A stretch of 64,000 nucleotides of DNA from contig VFGZ01000039.1 in NCBI GenBank assembly GCA_009392215.1, forward strand, positions 9,633 through 73,632, written 5' to 3'. Made by a program: the position numbers and the translations under genes. Positions 1 to 9,781 of this stretch are shown here, piece by piece (positions within the stretch are counted from its first letter, which is position 1; every line of letters begins with the position of its first letter). The notes below the pieces were generated by a model. The model saw nothing but the letters and a program-made list of their open reading frames with translations, was not told where the DNA came from and searched no databases. This stretch comes from SAR202 cluster bacterium (lineage in GTDB: Bacteria; Chloroflexota; Dehalococcoidia; Lucifugimonadales; Lucifugimonadaceae).

Positions 1-860
1 GCAACATCCGGTCCAAGGACGTTCACTGCATTTCGTTCGATCAGCTCGACGAAATTTTGCCGTAGATAAATCTGTTCGCCAGTGTGAATCGGAGTCGAGG
101 TGTACGGCGTGACCTGTGTGTAAAGATCGGCTAGCACGTAGGGTGAGTAGTCGCCCGTAATCATGTCTTCGAGCCACATGATGTTCGATCCTTCAAGCTC
201 TTTTCCAAGTTTTAGGGCATCAGGAACCGTCATACCCGGGCCACAGTCTAGGGCGAGCCCGACATCGTCTCCTAGAACATCGAGCATAGCCTCGATACGC
301 GTCATCAGATAGCTAAACCCTTTGCCTGTAATCGTGCCGCGGTTTGGGTGCCTCATGTTCTTTACGGGCGTCCCATAGTAAAAACCGTCAACATTCTGCA
401 TTCCGCCATGAAACGAAACAGCCTGTTTGATAATTGAGAAGTTGTACGGATGATCCTTCATCTTCTGCATGTTCTCGGCGTAATGTTCTGGTTCTTTACC
501 TTTCATGTCGAACCGAACACTACCGTTGTAAACCTGAACTCTGTCTCGAATCTTGCCGCCAAGTAGTTTGTAAACCGGTAGACCTGCAGATTTTCCTGCG
601 ATGTCCCACAGAGCCATCTCGATTGCGCTTACGGCCGCACCCCAGGGCTTGAACGATCCCATTCGGCGTATGCCGAGCATGACCCGTTCTACATCGGTCG
701 GATCCTTGCCGATGATCATGTCCCGGTAGAACTCGATCATTGGCTTTAGATACGGCTTCCAATATTCAGCAGCCCCAACGCCGTCGATGCCTTCGTCGGT
801 TGTGATTCGCACTATTGGTGCATCGCCGATGATTGCAACTTTTAGGTCGGTGATTTTCAA
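1..860 (-). CDS. Mandelate racemase/muconate lactonizing enzyme family protein (enolase superfamily); 3' end runs off the window; missing from ORF track
   Basis: Manual translation from TTG at 860 (AGAAGGA upstream): MKITDLKVAIIGDAPIVRITTDEGIDG...SAIEMALWDIAGK...LPVYKLLGG...LALDCG...WLED...TGEQ. Near-identical to the adjacent paralog. Confidence 0.92.
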   Translation of the reverse strand, partial: MKITDLKVAIIGDAPIVRITTDEGIDGVGAAEYWKPYLKPMIEFYRDMIIGKDPTDVERVMLGIRRMGSFKPWGAAVSAIEMALWDIAGKSAGLPVYKLLGGKIRDRVQVYNGSVRFDMKGKEPEHYAENMQKMKDHPYNFSIIKQAVSFHGGMQNVDGFYYGTPVKNMRHPNRGTITGKGFSYLMTRIEAMLDVLGDDVGLALDCGPGMTVPDALKLGKELEGSNIMWLEDMITGDYSPYVLADLYTQVTPYTSTPIHTGEQIYLRQNFVELIERNAVNVLGPDV

Positions 861-969
861 AGTTCTGTTTCCTTCTAGCGATCCCAAGAGGAATTTTTAC
901 GAGAAATATCTAGCCTCACAATTAATCACTCACATTGTCATATATTTTTATATTCCTAGCTAAAGTTTC

Positions 970-2181
970 TTATTCGTTAAAGAAATCTTTGTCTTCTTCC
1001 CTTAGGTATTTCTTAGTCTCTTCAGGAATAAATTTCACTCCGAGTCCGGGAGTGTCAGTCACGGATATATGGCCATCTTCAACAGAGAACGTATCACCCT
1101 CCATGATGTGGTACCACCATTTTGGGTCAACTTTCGGCAGTTCAAACGCGATGAAATTGTCGGGAAGCACCGCTGCCAGATGCACTTGTGCGGCAAGTCC
1201 TATTAGTCCGTTGAAGAGCCCATGAGGCGCAAATTGAATTCCATGTAGGTCAGCGTATTCTGCTATGAACTTCATCTCGGCGATACCGCCGACATCGGCA
1301 ACATCTGGTCCAAGCACGTTCACTGCGTTTCGTTCGATCAGCTCGACAAAATTTTGGCGTAGGTAAATCTGTTCGCCAGTGTGAATCGGAGTAGACGTGT
1401 ACGGCGTGACCTGTGTGTAAAGATCGGCCAGAACCCACGGTGTATAGTCGCCTGTAATCATGTCTTCGAGCCACATGATGTTTGAGCCTTCTAGCTCTTT
1501 GGCGAGTTTCAAGGCATCCTGGACGGTCATACCTGGTCCGCAGTCTAGCGCTAACCCAACATCGTCTCCTAGAACATCGAGCATCGCCTCGATACGCTTC
1601 ATCATGTATTTGAAACCCTTACCGGTGATTACACCTCGGTTTGGGTGCCGCATGGCTTTAACTGGAGATCCGTAATAGAAATCCTGGACATCCTGCATTC
1701 CTCCGTGGTCAACATTTTGCATTCCACCATGAAACGAAACCCCATGTTTGATGATCCTGAATTTGTAAGGATGTTCTTTCATTTTTTGCATGGTTTCCGC
1801 GTAATGTTCTGGTTCTTTACCTTTCAATTCGAACCGAACACCGCCGTTGTATACCATGACACGTTCTCGGACTTTGCCGCCAAGTAGTTTGTAAACCGGT
1901 AGACCTGCTGACTTACCTGCGATGTCCCACAGAGCCATCTCGATTGCACTGACGGCCGTGCCCCAAGGCTTGAACGATCCCATTCGGCGTATACCGAGCA
2001 TGACGCGTTCTATGTCCGTCGGATCAAGTCCGATTATCTTGTCGTGATAAAACTCCACATGTGGTTTAAGGAATGGCTTTTTCGATTCACCGGCTCCGAT
2101 ACCGTCGATACCCTCGTCGGTTTGTATGCGGACAACCGGAGCCTCTCCTATGATTGCTACTTTTAGATCGGTGATTTTAAT
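970..2181 (-). CDS. Mandelate racemase/muconate lactonizing enzyme family protein (tandem paralog); start either ATT at 2181 or ATG at 2268
   Basis: ALWDIAGK..GLPVYKLLGG, metal ligands D/E/E (ALDCG, WLED, TGEQ), APHG, PGLGV. N-terminus aligns with the neighbouring paralog from the codon at 2181. Confidence 0.92.
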   Translation of the reverse strand: MKITDLKVAIIGEAPVVRIQTDEGIDGIGAGESKKPFLKPHVEFYHDKIIGLDPTDIERVMLGIRRMGSFKPWGTAVSAIEMALWDIAGKSAGLPVYKLLGGKVRERVMVYNGGVRFELKGKEPEHYAETMQKMKEHPYKFRIIKHGVSFHGGMQNVDHGGMQDVQDFYYGSPVKAMRHPNRGVITGKGFKYMMKRIEAMLDVLGDDVGLALDCGPGMTVQDALKLAKELEGSNIMWLEDMITGDYTPWVLADLYTQVTPYTSTPIHTGEQIYLRQNFVELIERNAVNVLGPDVADVGGIAEMKFIAEYADLHGIQFAPHGLFNGLIGLAAQVHLAAVLPDNFIAFELPKVDPKWWYHIMEGDTFSVEDGHISVTDTPGLGVKFIPEETKKYLREEDKDFFNE

Positions 2182-2371
2182 TTCAGGTTCCTGTGTGATT
2201 GAATGACGATTATTGATATTCGTCCGAAACTTTACGTCTGAGACGCACTTCGGAAGCGTAACAATCATCCTGAATTAGTTTTAAGTATCGGAACTCTAAA
2301 GTACACGAATATTCGATTTTGGTATTACTATTTGTGCTTAGAAAATCTTTTTCTATTTAAACGGAGAGAAA

Positions 2372-3376
2372 ATGCGCGTAGCAACTTGGCGTGGTGGTAG
2401 TGAAATAACGATTGATACGGTTCCTGACCCTCGACCTGCGCCAGGTCAGGTGCTGCTAAAGGTTCACTCTTCAGGTATATGTGGTACAGACATCCATAAG
2501 ACACAGGGTCTTTTTCCTGGCATTCCGCCTGAAGTGCTAGGGCATGAATTCGTTGGACCGGTTGTGGAGGTAGGTGAAGGTGTCGATCCTAAATTGATCG
2601 GTAAAAATATCGCATGTACATTGAACGCTTCATGTGGAGAATGCCAGAGCTGCATGACATGGTCCGCTATGCACTGTGAGCGTGAGCCTAGACTTGCAGG
2701 TGGTTTTGCCGAGTATGTTATCGTCGACCAACGGCAAGTTCATATAGTCCCTAATTCACTTGACCCAGAAACTGCTGCGATGACTGAGCCAGCAGCCTGT
2801 GTAATCTCCACGCTTAACATGCTTGGTGAAATCGAAGCGGGTTGTGATGCCCTAGTGGTAGGAGGCGGTCTTCTTGGATTACTGACTGTTGGTGTCTTGA
2901 AACTACGTGGTGCTGGTCGCATCATACTGTCTGAGCCCAACCCGACCCGACTTTCTATGGGAAGGCAGTTTGGAGCGGATATTCTCAATGATCCAACCGA
3001 AGTTGATGTCGTCGATCTGGTCAATGACCTCACAGATGGACATGGTGTCAAGATAGGAGTCGAAGCAGTTGGAGTCCCTGAACTGGTCGCAAACGTTTCA
3101 AAAATGATCAGGCCGCGCGGAAATCTGGTTCTTGTTGGAGTCAGCCCCCAAGGGTCTGCTTTGCCCGTCGATCTATATGACTTCCACTACAAAGAAATAA
3201 CGATGAGTGGTGCATTCGGTGCAGGGGATGCATTTGGTGAGGCTCTTGAAACACTCCCTAATCTAAATCTTGCTGGAGTGGTGAGCGGACGTTTCCCGCT
3301 TGAACGAACAGCCGAGGCGCTTGAAATTTCTTCCAGTGGGACCGGTGTGAAATATATGATCGCACCCCATGATTAA
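2372..3376 (+). CDS. Zinc-dependent medium-chain alcohol dehydrogenase (threonine/sorbitol dehydrogenase-like)
   Basis: CGTD...GHE catalytic Zn motif, CGECQSC...C structural Zn loop, GGGLLG Rossmann motif; GGAGA SD. Confidence 0.9.
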   Translation: MRVATWRGGSEITIDTVPDPRPAPGQVLLKVHSSGICGTDIHKTQGLFPGIPPEVLGHEFVGPVVEVGEGVDPKLIGKNIACTLNASCGECQSCMTWSAMHCEREPRLAGGFAEYVIVDQRQVHIVPNSLDPETAAMTEPAACVISTLNMLGEIEAGCDALVVGGGLLGLLTVGVLKLRGAGRIILSEPNPTRLSMGRQFGADILNDPTEVDVVDLVNDLTDGHGVKIGVEAVGVPELVANVSKMIRPRGNLVLVGVSPQGSALPVDLYDFHYKEITMSGAFGAGDAFGEALETLPNLNLAGVVSGRFPLERTAEALEISSSGTGVKYMIAPHD

Positions 3377-3493
3377 CTCCTATATTCGTCGGCCATGAGT
3401 GGCGTACTGTTGCCAACAGAGTTACTCTTCGTTCGCTTGTTAATTTCAACCTAAATTGTGATCGAAATGGTTTATTTGGTGCAGAGGTAATTC

Positions 3494-5149
3494 ATGGCAA
3501 AACTTTCCGGTGGGGAAGCCCTAGTAAAATCTTTAGTTCGTGAGGGTGTAGAGGTTGTTTTCGGACTACCTGGGGTACAGATGTATGGAATCGTCGCAGC
3601 CTTGCGAGATGAGCCAAGCATAAAATTCGTTGTAACAAGGAACGAAGCAGCGACAACATATATGGCGGACGGTTATGCAAGAACGACCGGAAAGCCTGGG
3701 GTTGTTATGGTTGTTCCGGGGCCAGGTATATACAACGCTGGCGGCGGTCTTTCGACGGCTTTTTCCAGATCATCTCCGATAGTGCTTATCGCAGGCCAGA
3801 TACCCCGATCTACCATCGGTAAGAATTTTGGCGGGTTGCACGAGGTAAATGATCAGAAAGAAATCACGAATCCGGTAACCAAATGGCAGAAGCTCGTACT
3901 TCGTCCCAGCGAAGTTCCTGAGAATATTCATGAAGCTTTCAGGCAGGCTAAGTCTGACCGTCCATCGCCTGTTCATTTTGAACTTCCGCCCGAGACCATG
4001 GTTGAGCGAGAAGAAGTCCAGTTGCTTGAACCCGCCCAGATCATACGCAAGTTACCCAGTAACTCTCTCATAGAACAGGCAGCGAAGGAAATAACGGCAG
4101 CACGTAAGCCCGTGATTTACGCAGGCGGTGGTATAGCGCGCTCAGATGCCGAAGCTGAGTTGGTTGCATTCGCAGAGTCGGCTGACATAGCTGTTCTAAC
4201 ATCTGCCGGTGGTAAAGGCACAATGTCCGAGAAACATCCACTTGCACTTGGTGGGTCACTTGGACCGTCTGGTCTTCTCAAAGACTACATAGAGGACGCA
4301 GATCTAATCATAGGCATAGGTACCCGTTTCTCAATGCGGAACCAGGCCGGAGATAAAGCTCGGCTGGTTCATGTCGATGCGGATCCTGAGATGATTGGAC
4401 ACGTTCACAAGAATACTTTGGGACTCGTTGGAGACGTGAAAGCGACTCTGCCAGTGCTGGGAGCAGCTATAAAATCTGCGGGTGGCGGGGGTTGGAACTC
4501 TCCTGTGGAGGAAGTTCGAGATATCCAGCGAAAGCTTGCCGTTAGCGAAGATGAATTGAACCATCCACAGGAAGATTATATTCAAGCTCTCCAAAAAGGA
4601 GTTCCAAGTGAAGCCATAACGGTTTTCGGAATGACCCAGCTCGGTTACTACTCACGTCCACGATGGATCACTGAGAATCCAAAGACCTACATCGACTCAG
4701 GATATTCAGGGAACCTCGGATTTGCATTCCCGACCGCCCTTGGAGCGAAAGTAGGAAATCCCGGTAAGGATGTGGTTTGTGTATCAGGCGACGGTGGTTT
4801 CATGTACAACTCGTCAGAAATCTCCACAGCGGTCAAGTACGGCATCAATCTGGTGACCGTTATTTACAACGATGGTCATTACGGTAACGTAGCGCGGGAT
4901 CTAGACGATGATTTTGGCGGCGATTACGAGACCGAATTCTCGAATCCGGATTTTGTGAAACTTGCCGAGGCATATGGTGCGATAGGACTTCGTGCTGCAG
5001 ATCCGTTTGATGTACAGAATGTGATTCCCAGAGCCCTAGATATGAAAAAGCCAGTATTCATTGATGTACCGGTTAGTCGTGTCCCGCGACCCAAGCAATG
5101 GGCAGCCAGAGCACCCTGGACCAAACCACAGGAAGGGTTGATCGACTAA
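3494..5149 (+). CDS. Thiamine diphosphate-dependent enzyme (acetolactate synthase/decarboxylase family)
   Basis: VFGLPG, RNE..A.YMADGY, PGPG, GDGGF...YND ThDP motif; GAGGT SD. Confidence 0.9.
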   Translation: MAKLSGGEALVKSLVREGVEVVFGLPGVQMYGIVAALRDEPSIKFVVTRNEAATTYMADGYARTTGKPGVVMVVPGPGIYNAGGGLSTAFSRSSPIVLIAGQIPRSTIGKNFGGLHEVNDQKEITNPVTKWQKLVLRPSEVPENIHEAFRQAKSDRPSPVHFELPPETMVEREEVQLLEPAQIIRKLPSNSLIEQAAKEITAARKPVIYAGGGIARSDAEAELVAFAESADIAVLTSAGGKGTMSEKHPLALGGSLGPSGLLKDYIEDADLIIGIGTRFSMRNQAGDKARLVHVDADPEMIGHVHKNTLGLVGDVKATLPVLGAAIKSAGGGGWNSPVEEVRDIQRKLAVSEDELNHPQEDYIQALQKGVPSEAITVFGMTQLGYYSRPRWITENPKTYIDSGYSGNLGFAFPTALGAKVGNPGKDVVCVSGDGGFMYNSSEISTAVKYGINLVTVIYNDGHYGNVARDLDDDFGGDYETEFSNPDFVKLAEAYGAIGLRAADPFDVQNVIPRALDMKKPVFIDVPVSRVPRPKQWAARAPWTKPQEGLID

Positions 5150-6081
5150 TTCCCCCCAAATTCATGGGGTCTGAGGGCAGCTTCTATCGCGAAGTTAGCG
5201 GGGGTCTTAATGTTGTGCTTTGTTCCGAGTTCGACTACGCGCGCGTTCAAAAGGCTGATTTCTATCGGGTTATTGGCGATCAGATCGTGACCCATCGAAC
5301 CGATGATGAACGGTTCTCTTGCCTGGGTGGTAGCCAAAAGATCTGCAGCTATTGACTGCGGCAAAGGGATACCGGTTGCCCGTCCGACTTCAGCTACCTC
5401 TGATAGAACCTGTCGGTACATCTGGGTTGTGGATTCCTGTGCGAAAATTTCTCCTATCGGTTTGCGTGTCAGTGCCGTCATACCGCTGAGCGCACAAATG
5501 AAGGTGAATTTCTCCCAGATAGCCAACTCAATATTTTCATGTGTCTCAGCTGCGATTCCTGCCGCAACACATTGAGTTGCCAGATCGTTTACACGCGCAC
5601 TTTGACCCTCAGTTAAAGCACCTACCACAAGTGAACCAGGGCCACCTGCCTGTGTTACGACTCCGGGGCTGGTGATCATCGATGAAACGGTTGCCGTACA
5701 ACCCAGAACATGTTCTTTCCCGAATGCATCACTTAATAAGCGTTCGCTGTCGATTCCGTTTTGCGTCGAAATGATTAGTGTGTTGTTCCCCACTAGTCCT
5801 GCCATGTCTGCAATGGCAGTCTCAGTTCCCCAACTTTTAACAGCGAAAATCACCAGGTCCACGGGACCGATGGACGACATGTCATCTGTTGCGGGTGAAT
5901 CTAGGTGGAAGTCACCCAGCAAAACAGTATTTAATTGAAGACCACTTTTGTTTATTGCATCCAGATGTGATCCACGTGCGATAAAAGTTACGTCGTGACC
6001 CGCCTTCGCAAGTGCTCCTCCGTAATATGCTCCTGTGCCGCCAGCTCCCACCACCGCCACTTTTAGTTTTTGAGATGCCAA
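5146..6081 (-). CDS. 2-dehydropantoate 2-reductase (PanE/ApbA) family protein
   Basis: GAGGTG Rossmann motif, AVKS, QNG, WEK, GSM..D...EI...N motifs. Confidence 0.88.
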   Translation of the reverse strand: MASQKLKVAVVGAGGTGAYYGGALAKAGHDVTFIARGSHLDAINKSGLQLNTVLLGDFHLDSPATDDMSSIGPVDLVIFAVKSWGTETAIADMAGLVGNNTLIISTQNGIDSERLLSDAFGKEHVLGCTATVSSMITSPGVVTQAGGPGSLVVGALTEGQSARVNDLATQCVAAGIAAETHENIELAIWEKFTFICALSGMTALTRKPIGEIFAQESTTQMYRQVLSEVAEVGRATGIPLPQSIAADLLATTQAREPFIIGSMGHDLIANNPIEISLLNARVVELGTKHNIKTPANFAIEAALRPHEFGGN

Positions 6082-6155
6082 ACGTTACTCCTTGGGACAT
6101 CGTTTTTTGAATATTAGGGTATTCACTAATATCTGTGAAACGTTATCATCTGATT

Positions 6156-7739
6156 ATGTTGCAACTTCTTATTCATAACGCAAGGATAATCGATGGAACT
6201 GGATCGCCCTGGTTTAGGGGGTCCGTTCTTGTGGATCAGAATACCCTGACTGTGAAGCGCGGGGAACTGAACCTGCTTGATTACGAATCCGAACGGGTAA
6301 TTGATGCTCAAGATAATATCGTGTGTCCCGGATTTGTTGACCTTCATTCTCACGCCGGTTTGACCATTCTTGGAGATCCTCATCATGATCCCAAGGTGCG
6401 GCAGGGAGTCACTACAGAACTTGTAGGCATCGACGGTATTTCACATGCTCCGTTTAAAACAAGAAAGGAGCTCGAAAGATATATATGGCTGGATGCTGGG
6501 CTCAACTGGTATCCCCCGGAACCTGACTGGTTGACGACGCAGCAACTACTTAATAAATACGACGGTTCGGTCGCAATTAATATCGCCTATATCTTAGGGA
6601 ATTCTCCGGTTAGGATCTGGGCTTCTGGTTGGGAAGACAGACCGGCGACTGAATCCGAGATTGCGAATATGAAATCGGTAATTCGTGAATCGATGGAAGA
6701 AGGTGCCTGGGGCTTATCGACCGGTCTGGACTATCCTCCTGGGGCATACGCCTCAACAGAAGAACTTATCGCCATCTCGACTCAAACTGCCAAGATGGGC
6801 GGGATCTATCACACTCACACGCGTGCCTCGTTGAAATCTCAAGGAGTTTATGCGCCTTGGGAAGAGGCCGTGGAAATCGGCCGTAAATCTGGTATACCGA
6901 TCCACCTTACACATTACCGTCAGCCAAAACAGGGTGAGGGAACATCTGAGGGGTATCTGGGATTGGTAGAAGATGCACGCAACGAAGGTGTTGACGTGAC
7001 ATTTGATTGTTATGCCTATCCATACTCCGGAACTGCGGTTTCAATAATGCTGCCTTTCTGGGCCAAAGATGGCGGTCCGGAACGCACTATGGCTGCTTTG
7101 TCCGATCCATATGATCGGAATAAGATGAAGCGGGAGTTGAATTCTCGATCAGATATACAGGAAATATGGAATGAGCGTTGGTTGCATAATTTCCGTGAAC
7201 CACACAACGTCAAGTATGACGGTAAGTCGATATGGGACATAGCTGAAATGAGAGAGCAGGAACCGGCCGATGCCTTGTTTGATCTCCTCTTAGAGGAAAG
7301 GCTCGGTATCAGCGAAGTAGGGACCGGAACCAATGCCGATACACTCCCAGAGTTCGTGTCTCATCCATTCGGCATGATTGCATCTGACGCAATTTTGTTC
7401 GGAGAGTACCCCAATCCTAGGACTTACGGGTGTTTCCCTGTTGTCCTATCCAAGTTCGTGCGGACTGAAAAACACCTGAAACTACCTGAAGCCATTAGGA
7501 AGATGACCTCTTTTCCTGCGCAAAGGATCGGGTTGATGGATCGCGGACAGTTAGCGGATGGATTCAGGGCAGACATAGTTATCTTTAATCCTGATACTGT
7601 CCACACCGATGCTACCAAACAGGACCCTAAACACTACCCAGTTGGGATTGATTTCGTCATAGTGAACGGTGAGGTAGTTATCGAGAAGGGCAAGAACACT
7701 GGCGCTACCCCTGGCAAGGCATTGCGACGCGGCCACTAA
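6156..7739 (+). CDS. N-acyl-D-amino-acid deacylase (D-aminoacylase, amidohydrolase superfamily)
   Basis: IIDGTG, PGFVDLHSH, GVTT, GLSTGLDYPPG, HTH, ASD, AIRKMTSFPA..GL.DRG; ATG at 6156 preferred. Confidence 0.9.
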   Translation: MLQLLIHNARIIDGTGSPWFRGSVLVDQNTLTVKRGELNLLDYESERVIDAQDNIVCPGFVDLHSHAGLTILGDPHHDPKVRQGVTTELVGIDGISHAPFKTRKELERYIWLDAGLNWYPPEPDWLTTQQLLNKYDGSVAINIAYILGNSPVRIWASGWEDRPATESEIANMKSVIRESMEEGAWGLSTGLDYPPGAYASTEELIAISTQTAKMGGIYHTHTRASLKSQGVYAPWEEAVEIGRKSGIPIHLTHYRQPKQGEGTSEGYLGLVEDARNEGVDVTFDCYAYPYSGTAVSIMLPFWAKDGGPERTMAALSDPYDRNKMKRELNSRSDIQEIWNERWLHNFREPHNVKYDGKSIWDIAEMREQEPADALFDLLLEERLGISEVGTGTNADTLPEFVSHPFGMIASDAILFGEYPNPRTYGCFPVVLSKFVRTEKHLKLPEAIRKMTSFPAQRIGLMDRGQLADGFRADIVIFNPDTVHTDATKQDPKHYPVGIDFVIVNGEVVIEKGKNTGATPGKALRRGH

Positions 7740-7892
7740 ATTTGTGAGAGATATGGAAGATATTCCTTGTGGTTTGTTCTTAAAGACGAGCTTTGTCTCC
7801 GTTACACAAGAAAATAGATTTCGTGAATTTCCCCTGAAGTGGGCAAATTCTGTGTAAAGGACATCAAGCTATAGCGATTAGTATGTAAAGGC

Positions 7893-9737
7893 ATGTCACA
7901 GAGTAACGTTAGAAATTTTTGCATAATCGCCCATATCGACCATGGGAAGTCCACCCTTGCTGATCGTTTGATTGAAATAACGGGTGCGGTAGCCGCGCGT
8001 AATATGACTGAACAACATCTTGACACAATGGAGTTGGAACAAGAGCGTGGTATCACCATTAAAGCTCAGGCGGTAAGGCTTCAGTTCACTGCCCGTGATG
8101 GCGTCGACTACCAACTCAACTTAATTGATACACCTGGGCATGTTGATTTCTCTTATGAGGTATCGAGATCTCTTGCCGCGTGTGAGGGTGCAGTGCTGCT
8201 TGTTGATGCGACTCAGGGCATTCAGGCACAGACGATTGCAAATGTTTACCTTGCATTGGAACATGACCTCGAGATCCTACCAGTCATCAATAAGCTTGAT
8301 ATGCCGGCAGCCCAGCCGGATCGAGTTATGACTGAACTCGAGCAGACATTTGGATTTAAAAAATCGGAAGTTCTGCAAATTTCAGCCAAGACCGGTGAAG
8401 GAGTTAGCGATCTACTTGAACGGATCGTTGAGCAAGTAGACCCACCTAGTGGCATCAGCGATGCACCTCTTCGGGCATTGATATTTGATTCAAAATATGA
8501 TCAATTCAAAGGTGTGGTTGCGTATGTTAGGGCGATGCATGGTTCCCTTGGAAGTTCCGATCGCGTACGCCTAATGGGCACCAATGTCGAAACTGAGGTT
8601 CTTGAAACAGGATTCTTCAGTCCTGTACTTGAAAAAACTTCTGGTTTGCGCACCGGTGAGGTTGGTTATGTGGCAACGGGGCTAAAAGACGTTAAATCAG
8701 TGCGTGTCGGCGACACGATGACACTTTCCTCTAATCCTGCTACTGAACCGCTTGCTGGATATGCCCCACAAAGTCCTATGGTTTTTACCGGTATTTTCCC
8801 AACAGAAGGAGAGGACTACCCAGAATTACGTGACGCATTGGAAAAATTACAGTTGAATGACGCTGCATTGGTTTTTGAACCTGAGTCTTCAGCTGCACTG
8901 GGTTTCGGTTACCGATGCGGATTTTTGGGTTTACTCCACATGGATATCGTCCAGGAACGACTTGAAAGAGAGTACGGGCTAAATCTTATAGCTACTGCTC
9001 CCAGCGTTAGTTATGAGGTGCTGTTAAAAGACGGCGAAATCATGACCGTTGACAATCCGTCCAGACTACCTGAAAACAATGCATACGATGAAATCCTCGA
9101 ACCATGGGTCAATATAACCATCGTTTCCCCGGCGCGATACATAGGTGTCATCATGGAACTAGTAACCGGTAAGCGAGGGGAGTACAAAAAAATAGAGTAT
9201 CTAGAGTCGGTTGGCGCAAAAAACACTAATGGCGATAATGCGTCAGCGCGTGATGGTAGGGTCATGCTTGAATATGACATGCCATTGTCGGAGATACTCG
9301 TTGATTTTCATGACAAATTGAAGTCGGGTACTCAGGGTTATGCGTCAATGGATTACGCGAGAATCGACAACAGACCTGCGGATCTGGTCAAGCTCGATGT
9401 TCTTGTGAATCATGAGCCTGTCGATGCACTCTCAATGATCACCCATAGGGATGAAGCTGCTTCGAGTGGTCGTTTACTCGCATCAAAACTTAAAGAACTG
9501 ATTCCTCGGCAGATGTTTGCTGTTCCGATACAGGCTGCCATTGGTGGCAAAATTGTTGCCCGCACTAATGTGAAGGCACTGCGCAAAAACGTCTTGGCCA
9601 AATGCTATGGTGGTGACGTGACACGCAAAAGAAAACTGCTGGAGCAACAGAAAAAAGGTAAAAAGCGGCGCATGAAGATGGTGGGTTCGATCGAAGTTCC
9701 TCAGGAAGCATTCATGGCGGTGTTATCACTTGAGTAA
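7893..9737 (+). CDS. lepA: Translation elongation factor 4
   Basis: [60 protein letters not shown]. Confidence 0.98.
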   Translation: MSQSNVRNFCIIAHIDHGKSTLADRLIEITGAVAARNMTEQHLDTMELEQERGITIKAQAVRLQFTARDGVDYQLNLIDTPGHVDFSYEVSRSLAACEGAVLLVDATQGIQAQTIANVYLALEHDLEILPVINKLDMPAAQPDRVMTELEQTFGFKKSEVLQISAKTGEGVSDLLERIVEQVDPPSGISDAPLRALIFDSKYDQFKGVVAYVRAMHGSLGSSDRVRLMGTNVETEVLETGFFSPVLEKTSGLRTGEVGYVATGLKDVKSVRVGDTMTLSSNPATEPLAGYAPQSPMVFTGIFPTEGEDYPELRDALEKLQLNDAALVFEPESSAALGFGYRCGFLGLLHMDIVQERLEREYGLNLIATAPSVSYEVLLKDGEIMTVDNPSRLPENNAYDEILEPWVNITIVSPARYIGVIMELVTGKRGEYKKIEYLESVGAKNTNGDNASARDGRVMLEYDMPLSEILVDFHDKLKSGTQGYASMDYARIDNRPADLVKLDVLVNHEPVDALSMITHRDEAASSGRLLASKLKELIPRQMFAVPIQAAIGGKIVARTNVKALRKNVLAKCYGGDVTRKRKLLEQQKKGKKRRMKMVGSIEVPQEAFMAVLSLE

Positions 9738-9781
9738 TAACTGCCCAGCACCGTCGTTCGTTTTATGAAACCGCAAATTTA

